A stretch of DNA of 64,000 nt from Alphaproteobacteria bacterium (GTDB taxonomy: Bacteria; Pseudomonadota; Alphaproteobacteria; UBA2966). The position numbers and the translations under genes were made by a program. Shown piece by piece: positions 39,778 to 48,563 of this stretch (position 1 is the first letter of the stretch; each line of letters opens with the position of its first letter). The stretch is taken from positions 64,001 through 128,000 of the forward strand of contig OZ219856.1 in NCBI GenBank assembly GCA_964291395.2, read 5' to 3'. Below the pieces are notes generated by a model. It saw nothing but the letters and a program-made list of their open reading frames with translations. It ran no database searches and was not told the origin of the DNA.

Positions 39778-40012
39778 GCGGAAGGCCGCATGGAAAGAGC
39801 CACAACCTTCGGCGTCCCTGCCGGAGCCTGCGGTATGCACCCTCGCACGGGTTGGGAGAAGGCCCCCGGCACGGGACGAGAGCGGCGCCGGCAGTGATCG
39901 AGACGGCGCTGATCGTGCGGGTCCGGAGCTCAACGGGGATCCGTTCCGCCTGGCCCCCGCCTGTCCCGGCGGCATCCCGAGGCGTGAGGCCGGTCACGAA
40001 GCATCCGGACGG

Positions 40013-40160
40013 CATCGTGAGCCCCGGCGACTGCTACACGCGGGGTCCGCGCTCGTTCTTCCGCCTTCACGAGAAGGGGGGCCGGTACAACGTGGTTCCC
40101 GCCCACCACACGGCGCAGGAGTATGTCGATGCCTGCCTCAAGGCCACAGGCATCCCCCTA
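40013..40160 (+). pseudogene. Internal fragment of a tyrosine recombinase/integrase
   Basis: 'DCYTRGPRSFFRLHEKGGRYNVVPAHHTAQEYVDACL' resembles the 'RLHEKGGK..P.HH' catalytic-Lys region. Confidence 0.55.
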
Positions 40161-40299
40161 TCCGGGATGAATACAAGGCGGGACCGCCGCGGGCCTCCGT
40201 TCCGGCGCCCGGCGGGGGTCGGCCGAAACGGCTCAAACTCATATATATATGTCTTATGTGTCAGGTTCCGTCGTGCGGGCGCCGCCTCCGGGGCCGCGC

Positions 40300-40603
40300 T
40301 CAGGCCGCGCTGCGGCCGGCGATCGCCTCGCGCAGGCCTTCCAGCAGGCCCTCGAGCTTGGCCTGGCCGTGCTCGACCGCCCGCAGGCGCCCGTCCATCT
40401 CCACGCGCAGTTCCTTGATCTCGCCCGCGCAGGCCGCCGATCTCCTGCCGCATTTCCTGGCGCAGGCCGCCGATCTCCTGCCGCATGTCCTGGCGCAGGC
40501 CGCCGATGCGCCTGTCGAGCCGGGAGATGTCCGTCCTGAGCCAGGCGAAGAGCCCGATCATCAGCGCCACGAGGGCGAGGAAGCCGCCGGTTCCGATCGT
40601 CAT
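40300..40603 (-). CDS. Small TM-anchored coiled-coil protein with 11-aa repeats; 1-nt frameshift near 40425
   Basis: 'LALVALMIGLFAWLRTDI','(IGGLRQxMRQE)x2', tail 'AKLEGLLEGLREAIAG'; 33-bp repeats at 40427-40507. Confidence 0.6.
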
Positions 40604-40700
40604 GGCCGCCAGCGTACGCCGCGCCCGCGTCCCGGCGCAACGCGCGGCCCGGCCGGACGGCCGCCCCGCAGCCCTCGGGCGACATGTCCGCGCCGCTGCC

Positions 40701-40811
40701 GGCGGCGGCGTGAGCCTCATGGCGTCAGTCCAGAACGCGGAGATCACCAACGAGGCCGGCGCGAGCAACGAAGGCACGGCGTTCACCGCCGGTCTCAGGG
40801 TGGGCTTCTAG
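40701..40811 (+). pseudogene. 3'-terminal fragment of a second porin gene
   Basis: 'GGGVSLMASVQNAEITNEAGASNEGTAFTAGLRVGF*' aligns with the porin end 'GPGLRFLASYQDAEMDGEGDADNSGQALMVGINVGF*'. Confidence 0.7.
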
Positions 40812-40892
40812 CCCAGCCAGCCAGGATCGGCCGGGCAGGAGACCGAACCAGACTTGAACCTCCGGTTCGGCATGCCTTGACCGTCCGGTTGG

Positions 40893-40923
40893 AAGGGCGG
40901 CTCCTTCGGGAGCCGCCCTTTTT
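40893..40923 (+). terminator. Rho-independent terminator, near-identical to the porin terminator
   Basis: AAGGGCGGCTCC-TTCG-GGAGCCGCCCTT-TTT. Confidence 0.8.
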
Positions 40924-40976
40924 CCGTGTGTAGGCGATTCCTTCTCGCGGCTGTTACGGAGCGCGTCGCGGCCGGT

Positions 40977-41621
40977 TCACCACCTGGTCTTCTTGGACCA
41001 GACCGTGGGCAGCTTCGCCTTCCTCCAGGCCTGGGTGCCGCCGCGATACCAGTGGACGTCCGAATAGCCGAGCGCGGTCGCCCGGAGCGCCGCGTTGTAG
41101 GACAGCCAGCACTCGGAGCTCAGGCAGAAGATCACCATCTTCCGCGTCCGGTCGCCCTCCGTGATCTTGTCGAGTATCGCCGCGAAGCGGTCCTCGAGGT
41201 TCTTGACCTGTTTTGGGGCGAGGCCGGGGCCCTTGAGCCAGACGGCGCCGGGCAGGGTCTTGTGGCTCCGGCCGCCGAGCACGTCGATCAGAAGCGGCGG
41301 CTCGGGGCCGACCATGAGGTCCCGAAGCTCCCTGGTCGTGATGGTGGCGGCCGAGGCGTGAGTCAGCGGCGTGGGGGCGTGGAATTTCCTGGAACGGAGA
41401 TCGGCGGTGGCCGGAACGTTCCAGTCCTTGTCCTCGATGCCGTAGGTCGCGCTCTTCAGAGACGCCTTCTTCAGCCTGGTCCTCGGATCGACGGGCTTTT
41501 TCGGCGCCGACGCCGCGGTGTTATCGGTGTAGCCGCCGTCGTAACCGTCGGCATGCACAGACAGCGAATAGGCGCAAACGACGGCGAGCGGGGCGAGAGC
41601 CCGGAGTGCCAGTTTCTTCAC
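40977..41621 (-). CDS. Secreted rhodanese-like protein (CXXCW-type motif family)
   Basis: 'PLLIDVL','TLPGAVWL','IFCLSSECWLSYNAALRA','WYRGGTQAW'. Confidence 0.8.
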   Translation of the reverse strand: MKKLALRALAPLAVVCAYSLSVHADGYDGGYTDNTAASAPKKPVDPRTRLKKASLKSATYGIEDKDWNVPATADLRSRKFHAPTPLTHASAATITTRELRDLMVGPEPPLLIDVLGGRSHKTLPGAVWLKGPGLAPKQVKNLEDRFAAILDKITEGDRTRKMVIFCLSSECWLSYNAALRATALGYSDVHWYRGGTQAWRKAKLPTVWSKKTRW

Positions 41622-41702
41622 GATGCCTCTCCTTCGTGACGTGGCCCGGACGGGGGCGGACCCGATCGCCCGGGCGTCGTTGGCCGGGGGAGCGAGCGGG
41701 GC

Positions 41703-42239
41703 TCAGTACCGGCCCAGCTTGATCTTCGCCTTGGCGAGGACCTTCGCTTTCTTCTTTCCCTCGACCTTCTTCACCGCCTTGACCTCGGCGAAGTAGCTGT
41801 GGCCCCGGCCGCCCGAGCACGGGGGCAGATAGCCGGGCCGCGCATAGTCGCCGGTCGCCCGGTTGCGCCTCTCCACGAAGCTGCCGTCCGGCAGATCCCC
41901 GGTCTCGCCCGGAACCGAGGGCAGCAGGGCGCTGCCCGAGCCCTCCGCGATCCGGAACCCGATCTTGCCGTGCCCGCCGTTCCACGAGAGGGGCTGGTAG
42001 TCCCGGTCGTTGAACTCCACGATGATGGCGTTCGCCCCGGCGGGAATGTTCCCGACCTGCAGCGCCGGCGTCGCGCCCTTGCCCCCGAACTTCGTGCACT
42101 GCTGACCCTTCGGGATCTTCTTGCCGTCCCAGGCCGGGTCGGCGAAGGCGACCTCGAGGCCGGCGGCGAGGGCGCCGGGAGCGACCGCGCTCATGAGCAG
42201 CAGGGAGAGGGCGAGCGATAAACGTCGAAGCGTCGTCAT
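41703..42239 (-). CDS. Secreted PEBP/YbhB-like protein
   Basis: Signal peptide; 'TPALQVGNIPAGA','NGGHG','YLPPCSGGRGHSY'. Confidence 0.65.
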   Translation of the reverse strand: MTTLRRLSLALSLLLMSAVAPGALAAGLEVAFADPAWDGKKIPKGQQCTKFGGKGATPALQVGNIPAGANAIIVEFNDRDYQPLSWNGGHGKIGFRIAEGSGSALLPSVPGETGDLPDGSFVERRNRATGDYARPGYLPPCSGGRGHSYFAEVKAVKKVEGKKKAKVLAKAKIKLGRY

Positions 42240-42294
42240 GGCGATGACTCCTTCAAGGATGGACCGGGCTTGCCGTCTATTCGTTCCGATTATC

Positions 42295-42909
42295 CTATTT
42301 CGCTTTGAAGCGCACGAGTGCCGTGTCCGGGTCCTGTTTCTTCAGGCGGCTGAGGCGCATTTCGGTCTGCGCCTCGTTGATGGCCACGCCCTCGGGCAGC
42401 TTGAGTTTCTTGCACATGTCGGCGAGGGCACGGGGCCAGCTTTCCTGCACCCAGCCTTCGGTCCATACCACCCACTTGCGCCAGTTGGATGACCACCCAT
42501 GCAGGCGGAACCGGCCGGTCTCGCCGTCATAGAAGGGCACCTGCTGGTAGCGGGACTTGCGGGGATCATCCTTGTCCTTGTGCAAGGCGATGACCGTCCG
42601 GTGCTTGTCGGACGACATGATTTGCCAGTTAAGTGTGTGCGCTTTGGTTGATCCTTTCCGTCGCGTGCAGAGGAAGGCTCTGCCGTCGGCGCCGAAGAAA
42701 CCCCCAGCCACCTGATCGCTTTCGTCCCAGGTCTGGCCCTTGTTGTGGGGCTTGGCGTAGACGAAGGCGCGGCCCGTCAGGAGTTCTTCGAAGAAGGCGG
42801 GATCGTGCGAGGCGGGGTTCGCCTTGCGTTTGTCCTTGGCCGCCGCGTCCGCGAGGGACGCGAAGGCGAGCGCGAAGGCGAGCCCCGCGCACGTCATGGT
42901 CCGTTTCAT
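42295..42909 (-). CDS. Hypothetical secreted protein
   Basis: Signal peptide, Lys-rich; 204-aa ORF with GC3-biased codons. Confidence 0.65.
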   Translation of the reverse strand: MKRTMTCAGLAFALAFASLADAAAKDKRKANPASHDPAFFEELLTGRAFVYAKPHNKGQTWDESDQVAGGFFGADGRAFLCTRRKGSTKAHTLNWQIMSSDKHRTVIALHKDKDDPRKSRYQQVPFYDGETGRFRLHGWSSNWRKWVVWTEGWVQESWPRALADMCKKLKLPEGVAINEAQTEMRLSRLKKQDPDTALVRFKAK

Positions 42910-43035
42910 TGGAGATCCTCCCCGGTTCGTGTCGACGGATTATCGCAGTTGCCCGACCGGCCGGAAACCCGCCAGGAACGACGGCTCGTCATGACGGTCC
43001 GGCATCGGGACCGCTCCCCGGCCCTCATGCCCCCG

Positions 43036-43156
43036 CGCATTGGCCATTCAGTAGCAAGATCGCCTTCATGTATTTCTCGAGGGCGTGTACCGAAAGCCAA
43101 AAGTAATCGACGTTCAATCCCTCGATGAAGCACCGGCGCGCCGTGATGTAGTCATG
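43036..43156 (-). pseudogene. Fragment resembling a HEPN-domain N-terminus
   Basis: Minus-strand translation 'HDYITARRCFIEGLNVDYFWLSVHALEKYMKAILLLNG'. Confidence 0.5.
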
Positions 43157-43302
43157 GAACGATCCGGGCGGCGCTGGAGTCGCCCGTCGCGAGCGGGTCG
43201 GACGGACCGTCCTGAGCCAGGCGAAGAGCCCGATCGTCAGCGCCGGACGCGCCCGTCACGACAGATCAACACTCTGCCGCTCAGGCTCTTCTTATTCAGC
43301 CT

Positions 43303-44466
43303 TCATGCCCCCGCGAGGAGCGACGCCAGCTCCCCCAGGCCGATCGCCTCGATTCCTTCGCCCTTGGGATATCGGTCGTCGCCCGGATACACGACGAAGG
43401 AGCGCTCCGGATCGAGATCTTCCCGCGCCTGGTGGAATCCCCTGTCGAGCTTCGGCGCGAGGCCGCGCTTGATCTCGACCGCCCACAGCTTTCCGCCCGG
43501 CATCTCCAGCACCAGGTCGATTTCGGCGCCGGCGGCCGTTCGGTAGAAGCACGCCCTCACCCGCTCCGGTGCCGCGCCAAGCAGGTTCTCCAGCACGAAC
43601 CCTTCCCAGCTTCCGCCGGCGACCGGATGACCCAGCACGGCGTCCCGGTCGTCGAGGCCGAGCAGCGCGTGGACGATGCCGCTGTCGCGCACATGGACCT
43701 TCGGAGATTTCACCAGGCGCTTGCGGACGTTGGCATGGAAGGGCGGCAGGCGCCGCACCAGCAGGAGGTCGACGAGCAGGTCGAGATAGCGGGCGACCGT
43801 CTTGCCCTCGACGCCGAGGCCGCGCGCGAGCTGAGCCGCGTTGAACGTGCCGCCCTGCGCATGGGCCAGCATGGTCCAGAAGCGGCGCAGCGTTTCCGCC
43901 GGCACGCGCGGCCCGAGCTGCGGGATGTCGCGTTCCAGGTACGTGCGGATGAAATTCTCCCGCCAGACGGCGCTGGCCGCGTCGCTCTCCGCGAGGAAGC
44001 TGTCGGGGAAGCCGCCCCGGATCCAGAGTTTCTCGCGCGCATCGCCGTCGACTTCGAGGACGTTGAACGGCCCCAGCTCGACATAGGCAATGCGGCCGGC
44101 CAGGGATTCGCCCGATTGCTCGAGCAGGTCGACGGACGCCGAGCCCAGCAGCAGGAAGCGGCCCGCCCGGACGCCGCGGCGCCGCCCCCGGTCGATCAGG
44201 CCGCGAAGCGCCTGGAACAGTTCCGGCATTCTCTGGACCTCATCCAGGATCACCAGCTTGTCCTCATGTCCGGACAGGTAAAGGGCGGCATCGGCCAGCT
44301 TCTCGCGGTCCGCCGCGTCCTCGAGGTCGAGATAGACGCTCGCCCGCCCTTCGGCGATGAGCCCGGCCAGCGTGGTCTTGCCCGCCTGACGCGGGCCGAG
44401 CAGGGCCACCGCCGGGAACTGGTCCAGCCGGGCGCGGACGAGCTGTGATTTCCGGCGCGGGATCAT
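43303..44466 (-). CDS. AAA+ ATPase (AAA_14 plus DUF4143-type)
   Basis: 'GPRQAGKTT','ILDEVQ','LLGSAS','ESLAGR','RGGFP','KSPKVHVRDSG','EIDLV..VEIK'. Confidence 0.9.
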   Translation of the reverse strand: MIPRRKSQLVRARLDQFPAVALLGPRQAGKTTLAGLIAEGRASVYLDLEDAADREKLADAALYLSGHEDKLVILDEVQRMPELFQALRGLIDRGRRRGVRAGRFLLLGSASVDLLEQSGESLAGRIAYVELGPFNVLEVDGDAREKLWIRGGFPDSFLAESDAASAVWRENFIRTYLERDIPQLGPRVPAETLRRFWTMLAHAQGGTFNAAQLARGLGVEGKTVARYLDLLVDLLLVRRLPPFHANVRKRLVKSPKVHVRDSGIVHALLGLDDRDAVLGHPVAGGSWEGFVLENLLGAAPERVRACFYRTAAGAEIDLVLEMPGGKLWAVEIKRGLAPKLDRGFHQAREDLDPERSFVVYPGDDRYPKGEGIEAIGLGELASLLAGA

Positions 44467-44591
44467 CCTTGCAAATATGGCATTTCATGCCAGGAATGCA
44501 AGGATGTCTGACGAGAACGGCGACGATGCCTCAGGCCACCGCCAGGCTCCCCCCGGAAAGGCGATCGTCGTCATGATCGTCAACATATTGT

Positions 44592-44620
44592 TTGACATGG
44601 CGCCGCGGTTCCTATATCTA
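44592..44620 (+). promoter_or_regulatory. Sigma70-like promoter (TTGACA ... CTATATCT) with an inverted repeat over the -35 box
   Basis: Read directly; -10 match and spacing are imperfect; no ORF follows. Confidence 0.45.
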
Positions 44621-44624
44621 GTAC

Positions 44625-44700
44625 CCGCTTGCGCCGTGTCCTCCACGTGCGCTTCTGTCCCAGAGGACCGCCGCCCCATCCAGGCGGCGGTTCTTGCTTT
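44625..44700 (+). ncRNA. Candidate small RNA with UCCUCC-loop hairpin and intrinsic terminator
   Basis: GCGC-CGTG-TCCTC-CACG-T-GCGC hairpin; ACCGCCGCC-N7-GGCGGCGGT followed by TCTTGCTTT. Confidence 0.4.
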
Positions 44701-44944
44701 GTCGGTCCTCCTCCCGGGCGGACGCGCGCCGCACGGTCTCCTTCGTCCGATCGCTCGTCCCGGGCAAACCGGGTTCGCAGAAAATCGAAAGATAGCCTCG
44801 GGGGAAACGCTCATCGACATCCGAAGCACGCGGTGCCCGCGCACGTCGCCTTGCAAATGACCGTCCTTGTTGTACGTTCATGACCGGGTCGTTGGCGGGT
44901 CAGCCCTCGCCGATTGCGGACGGGACGGGTATCGGAACGGGATC

Positions 44945-45220
44945 ATGCCGCCTGCCACATACAAGGTCGCCGAAGCCCGCGCCCGCTTCTCCGAGCTTCT
45001 GACGCGGGCCAGGGCCGGTAAGGAGATCGTCATCACCAAGGACCGCGAGCTGCACGCCCGGCTCCTGCCGTCGGCCGTGGCGGAGAAGCGGGAGACCGCA
45101 CCGTTGAGGCACCTCGGCTTGCCGGACGACCTTTTCGACCGGGAGGACGCGGAACAGGCCGCACCGCACGAGCGACGCGATCCGCTGTCGAACGATCCGA
45201 CCCTCGGGTACGCTCCGTAA
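44945..45220 (+). CDS. Phd/YefM family antitoxin with no adjacent toxin
   Basis: 'YKVAEARARFSELLTRARAGKEIVITK...ARLLP'. Confidence 0.8.
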   Translation: MPPATYKVAEARARFSELLTRARAGKEIVITKDRELHARLLPSAVAEKRETAPLRHLGLPDDLFDREDAEQAAPHERRDPLSNDPTLGYAP

Positions 45221-45256
45221 ATTGATTCGCCCTCTCAACGCAGTTAACTTGGCGGC

Positions 45257-45460
45257 ATGAAGACGACCGTCGATATTCCCGATGGCGAACTCGAAGACGT
45301 CATCAGATACACGAACGCGAGGACCAAACGCGAGGCCATCGTCAGCGCCATCGTAGACTTCAACCGGCGCAGGCGCATGGCGGAACTGGCAAAGTACGCC
45401 GGCACGTGCGCCGACTTGATCACACCTCAGGAGCTTCAAGCCGCGCGCCGCCGGGACTGA
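45257..45460 (+). CDS. vapB: VapB antitoxin (DUF2191-like)
   Basis: 'MKTTVDIPD...TKREAIVSAI..FNRRRR'. Confidence 0.8.
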   Translation: MKTTVDIPDGELEDVIRYTNARTKREAIVSAIVDFNRRRRMAELAKYAGTCADLITPQELQAARRRD

Positions 45461-45464
45461 GCCC

Positions 45465-45550
45465 TTGATCCTGGTCGACACCTCGTCCTGGATACACATG
45501 CTTCGCCCGAGCGGCGACCCGGCCGTACGCCGCCGCGTCGTCACGGCGGA
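45465..45550 (+). pseudogene. vapC: Truncated VapC (first ~27 codons)
   Basis: 'LILVDTSSWIHMLRPSGDPAVRRRV' then replaced by the next promoter. Confidence 0.7.
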
Positions 45551-45563
45551 ACCACGATGGACG

Positions 45564-45600
45564 TTGACAATGGTGCTACCAGGTGTTACCAAGTGCTGCC
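45564..45600 (+). promoter_or_regulatory. TTGACA followed by 10-bp tandem operator-like repeats GGTG(C/T)TACCA
   Basis: Read directly upstream of the parD-like gene. Confidence 0.5.
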
Positions 45601-45622
45601 TCCGGGTCAGGGAGAATGCCCA

Positions 45623-45898
45623 TTGACCGCCAAGACGTCGGTTTCGCTTACGGACGAGCAATACGCCTTCGTCAGGACGCTGGTGGAGGCCGGGCGCTAT
45701 TCCAGCGTCAGCGCCGTGCTGCAGCAGGGTATCGACCTGCTTCGCGGACGGATGGATGCCGAAGAACTGGAACGCGAGGCGCTGCGGGAGGTTCTGGCCC
45801 GCCGCCGGAGCGGCGGTTTCGTCAGCGGGGCGCGGATGGACGGCCGGATCGCCGACATGATCGCCGCGAAGCGCCGCGCGCATGGCCTTCCGTCTTGA
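45623..45898 (+). CDS. ParD-like RHH antitoxin
   Basis: 'KTSVSLTDEQ..F.RTLVEAGRYSSVSAVLQQG'. Confidence 0.8.
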   Translation: MTAKTSVSLTDEQYAFVRTLVEAGRYSSVSAVLQQGIDLLRGRMDAEELEREALREVLARRRSGGFVSGARMDGRIADMIAAKRRAHGLPS

Positions 45899-46229
45899 GT
45901 TCTCGGCCGAGGCCGAACGCGATTTCGGACTGATCTTCGACCATCTCTTCGAGAGTTACCGCGGCTTCGGCGAGAGCGTGGAGGCGGCGCTTGACCATGC
46001 CGCGGCGCGGGTGCTGGAAATCCGTGCGGCCGCGGAGCGCATTCCCGGCGCCCCCTATCGCGGCGAAAGCCATGACGACATCCTGCCGGGTCTGAGGCAT
46101 CTGACGCTCGATCGGGCGATCTACTGGTTCGACGTCGAAGAAGAGCGCCGGACCGTCCGGATTCTGGCGGTGTTCTTGAGCGGACAGGATCATACCCGCC
46201 GCATGCTGGCTCGGCTCCTCGCGGGGTGA
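45882..46229 (+). CDS. RelE/ParE family toxin
   Basis: 'LEFSAEAERDF..IFDHL','PYRGE..DDILPGLR','VRILAVF'. Confidence 0.8.
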   Translation: MAFRLEFSAEAERDFGLIFDHLFESYRGFGESVEAALDHAAARVLEIRAAAERIPGAPYRGESHDDILPGLRHLTLDRAIYWFDVEEERRTVRILAVFLSGQDHTRRMLARLLAG

Positions 46230-46437
46230 CCGACACCGGGTCGGTCACGAACCGCGCCGCGCGGCCGTGGCCTCGAGGCGTGCGCCCGCATGCACCGGCG
46301 CCGACTCGGCTAGTCTCGGCTAGTCGACGCCTGGTCACGCACCGCGGCGCGGCCGGCCACCGGGCAGCGGTCGCCCCGCCCGGCGACTCCCCTGCGGTAA
46401 GCTGGGCGATCCGATCCGATCCGAGAGGAGGCATGCC

Positions 46438-46860
46438 GTGGAAAAGATCGTCAAGGAGGTCCCGGGCTACGAGCTGCACGACGAGGCCGCGGCGCCGGGC
46501 TGGCATCACTCGAAGACGGGCTGGCGCTCCGACGCCGCCCGCTGCGGGCCGTTCGTCTTCTGCGGCGCCATCGGCTGCCATCCCGTCACCCACGAGCTCG
46601 GCGCGACGGTGGAGGAGGAGGTCCGCCTCATCTTCAGGCACCTGGAGGCGGCGTTCGGCGTCCACGGCGCGACCTTGCAGGACATCGTGCACATGACCCT
46701 GTACTTCACCGACCGCAAGGCCCACTGGCCGATATTCGACAGGGTCCGCCGCGAGATCTACCCCAAGGACCCGCCGGTCACGGTCGGCGTCGGCACCACC
46801 GAGCTGGCCTCCGGCGCGGCGATCGAGGTCGACGCGCTCGCCGCCGCCCCCGGCGGCTGA
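46438..46860 (+). CDS. RidA/YjgF family protein
   Basis: 'FVFCGAIG','DIVHMTLYFTD','PPVTVGVGTTELASGAAIEVDA'. Confidence 0.8.
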   Translation: MEKIVKEVPGYELHDEAAAPGWHHSKTGWRSDAARCGPFVFCGAIGCHPVTHELGATVEEEVRLIFRHLEAAFGVHGATLQDIVHMTLYFTDRKAHWPIFDRVRREIYPKDPPVTVGVGTTELASGAAIEVDALAAAPGG

Positions 46861-47046
46861 CCGCCGTCCGGGTTCCGGTCCGTTCCCGGCGCGGGGACGT
46901 CCGGCGCTGGAGTCCGCCGCTGGATTCCGCCGCTCCGGGGGCGTAGGGTTCCGCGACCGGACCGCCCGGCCCCTGCGTGTGCGCGCCCCGCCCGGCGCGC
47001 CGCCCCCGCGCCACGGGCCGGAACCCGGATGACGAGGAGAAACGGG

Positions 47047-47856
47047 ATGAAGCCGCGAGCGATGTTGACGCTGCTGCCGCTGCTGCCGGCACTCGCGTTC
47101 CTGCCGGTCGAGAGCCGCGCGGCGGAAGGGCCGGGCCGGCACTCCGTGGAGCTGGTCGAATGGAGTTCCGGGGAAAGCGTGGAGCGCCTCGCCCGTTCCT
47201 CCCACAAGACGGATTTCTTCCCCCTGAGCAATCACTTCGTCAGCCAGGACAACAAGATCTTCTGCGGCCCGGCTTCCTCCGCCATGGTCCTGAACGCGCT
47301 GCGGCTGGGCAGGCGGGACGGTCTGCCGCAGGACGAGCTGTCCATAGCGGCGGGCGAACGCGCCTGGCTCCCGGAGGGGTTCAATCCGTTCTACGGAAAA
47401 TACACGCCCAACAACATTCTCGACGGGCGGACGAAGAGCAGGCTCGAGGTTCTCGGCAAGCCGATCGAGATCGCAGGCGAGCTGAAGGCGGACTTCGGCC
47501 TGCAGCTGGCCCAGCTGGCGCAGGCGCTGCGCGCCCACGGCCTGGACGTCACGGTCCGGGTCGTGGATGCGGAGGCGGACGCGGAAACGGTCAGGCGGGA
47601 GATCGCCGCCAACCTGGCGACCGAGGACGACTACGTGCTGGTCAACTACGCGCGGAAGTCGCTCGGCCAGAGCGGCGGCGGCCACATCTCCCCGCTCGGG
47701 GCCTACGACGAGACGAGCGATTCCTTCCTGATCATGGACGTCAATCCCAACCGGGCTCCCTGGGTCTGGGTCGGGTCCGACGATCTGATCGCGGCGATGC
47801 GCACGTTCGATACGGTCGAGAACCGCGGCTACCTCCTGGTGTCGGAGACCAGGTAG
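47047..47856 (+). CDS. Phytochelatin synthase family (papain-like) protein with signal peptide
   Basis: Q..FCGPAS (Cys), GGGHISPLGAYD (His), IMDVNP (Asp). Confidence 0.88.
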   Translation: MKPRAMLTLLPLLPALAFLPVESRAAEGPGRHSVELVEWSSGESVERLARSSHKTDFFPLSNHFVSQDNKIFCGPASSAMVLNALRLGRRDGLPQDELSIAAGERAWLPEGFNPFYGKYTPNNILDGRTKSRLEVLGKPIEIAGELKADFGLQLAQLAQALRAHGLDVTVRVVDAEADAETVRREIAANLATEDDYVLVNYARKSLGQSGGGHISPLGAYDETSDSFLIMDVNPNRAPWVWVGSDDLIAAMRTFDTVENRGYLLVSETR

Positions 47857-47944
47857 CGGAACGCCCGGATTCGGCGTCCACGGCGCGGATACCAGGGCGC
47901 TCCGCGAGGACGGCGGCGACGGACGAGAAGGAGACTTCAGCACG

Positions 47945-48163
47945 ATGACGACGCAACGCACCGGGTTCGGACGCGAGATCGAGACGGCTCTGGGCGAGGT
48001 CCTCGACCATGTTCGTGGCGAGACGGACCAGCCGTGCCGGATCGTGGCGCTCGCCCGCGAGGACGCGACGCGGTTCTTCGATGCACTCTCCGACCCGCCG
48101 CCGCCGAACGACCGCCTCCGCGCGGCCCTCGAGGAGCACGCCCGGCGCGTCGACTCGCGTTGA
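47945..48163 (+). CDS. Chimeric ORF: HigA-like N-terminus fused to a DUF1778 (TacA-like) C-terminus
   Basis: First 33 aa nearly identical to the 50229 ORF; remainder 'LAREDATRFFDALSDPPPPNDRLRAAL'. Confidence 0.65.
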   Translation: MTTQRTGFGREIETALGEVLDHVRGETDQPCRIVALAREDATRFFDALSDPPPPNDRLRAALEEHARRVDSR

Positions 48164-48374
48164 CCGAGTCCGATGCGCTCGTCATCGAGCCGCCCGGAAA
48201 CTGCCGCGCCATCCGGTGCCCTGCGCCCTGATTGGCCGGCTGGCGGTCGACCGCTCGGCGCACGGGCGCGGTCTTGGACGCATGCTTCTCGCCGACGCGG
48301 TCAGGCGGACCGTGGCGGCCGGTGAGTCCGTGGCCATGCATGCCCTGATCGTGGATCCCGACGCTTCTACATGA
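48160..48374 (+). pseudogene. Internally deleted GNAT (TacT/AtaT-like) toxin
   Basis: 'LTESDALVIEP' then, in another frame, 'KLPRHPVPCALIGRLAVDRSAHGRGLGRMLLADA..ALIVD'. Confidence 0.75.
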
Positions 48375-48563
48375 CTGACGACCCGATTCCGCTCGGCCAC
48401 CGCCCTATCGATCGGCGCGCCGCGGCCGCGCCCGATCAGGCCGGCGGAAACGGCTGCGGACGTTCCGATGCCGCCGATATCACAGCCGCCGTTATTTGCA
48501 CTGAACCGCGAATGATGGGGTAGGATGGCGGCCGCAAGCTGCCATCGAGACGAACGGTCCGCA

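Noticed and set aside
40427-40507. CRISPR-like 33-bp repeat
   Set aside because: Units are contiguous with no spacers, lie in frame in a coding sequence, and no cas genes are present
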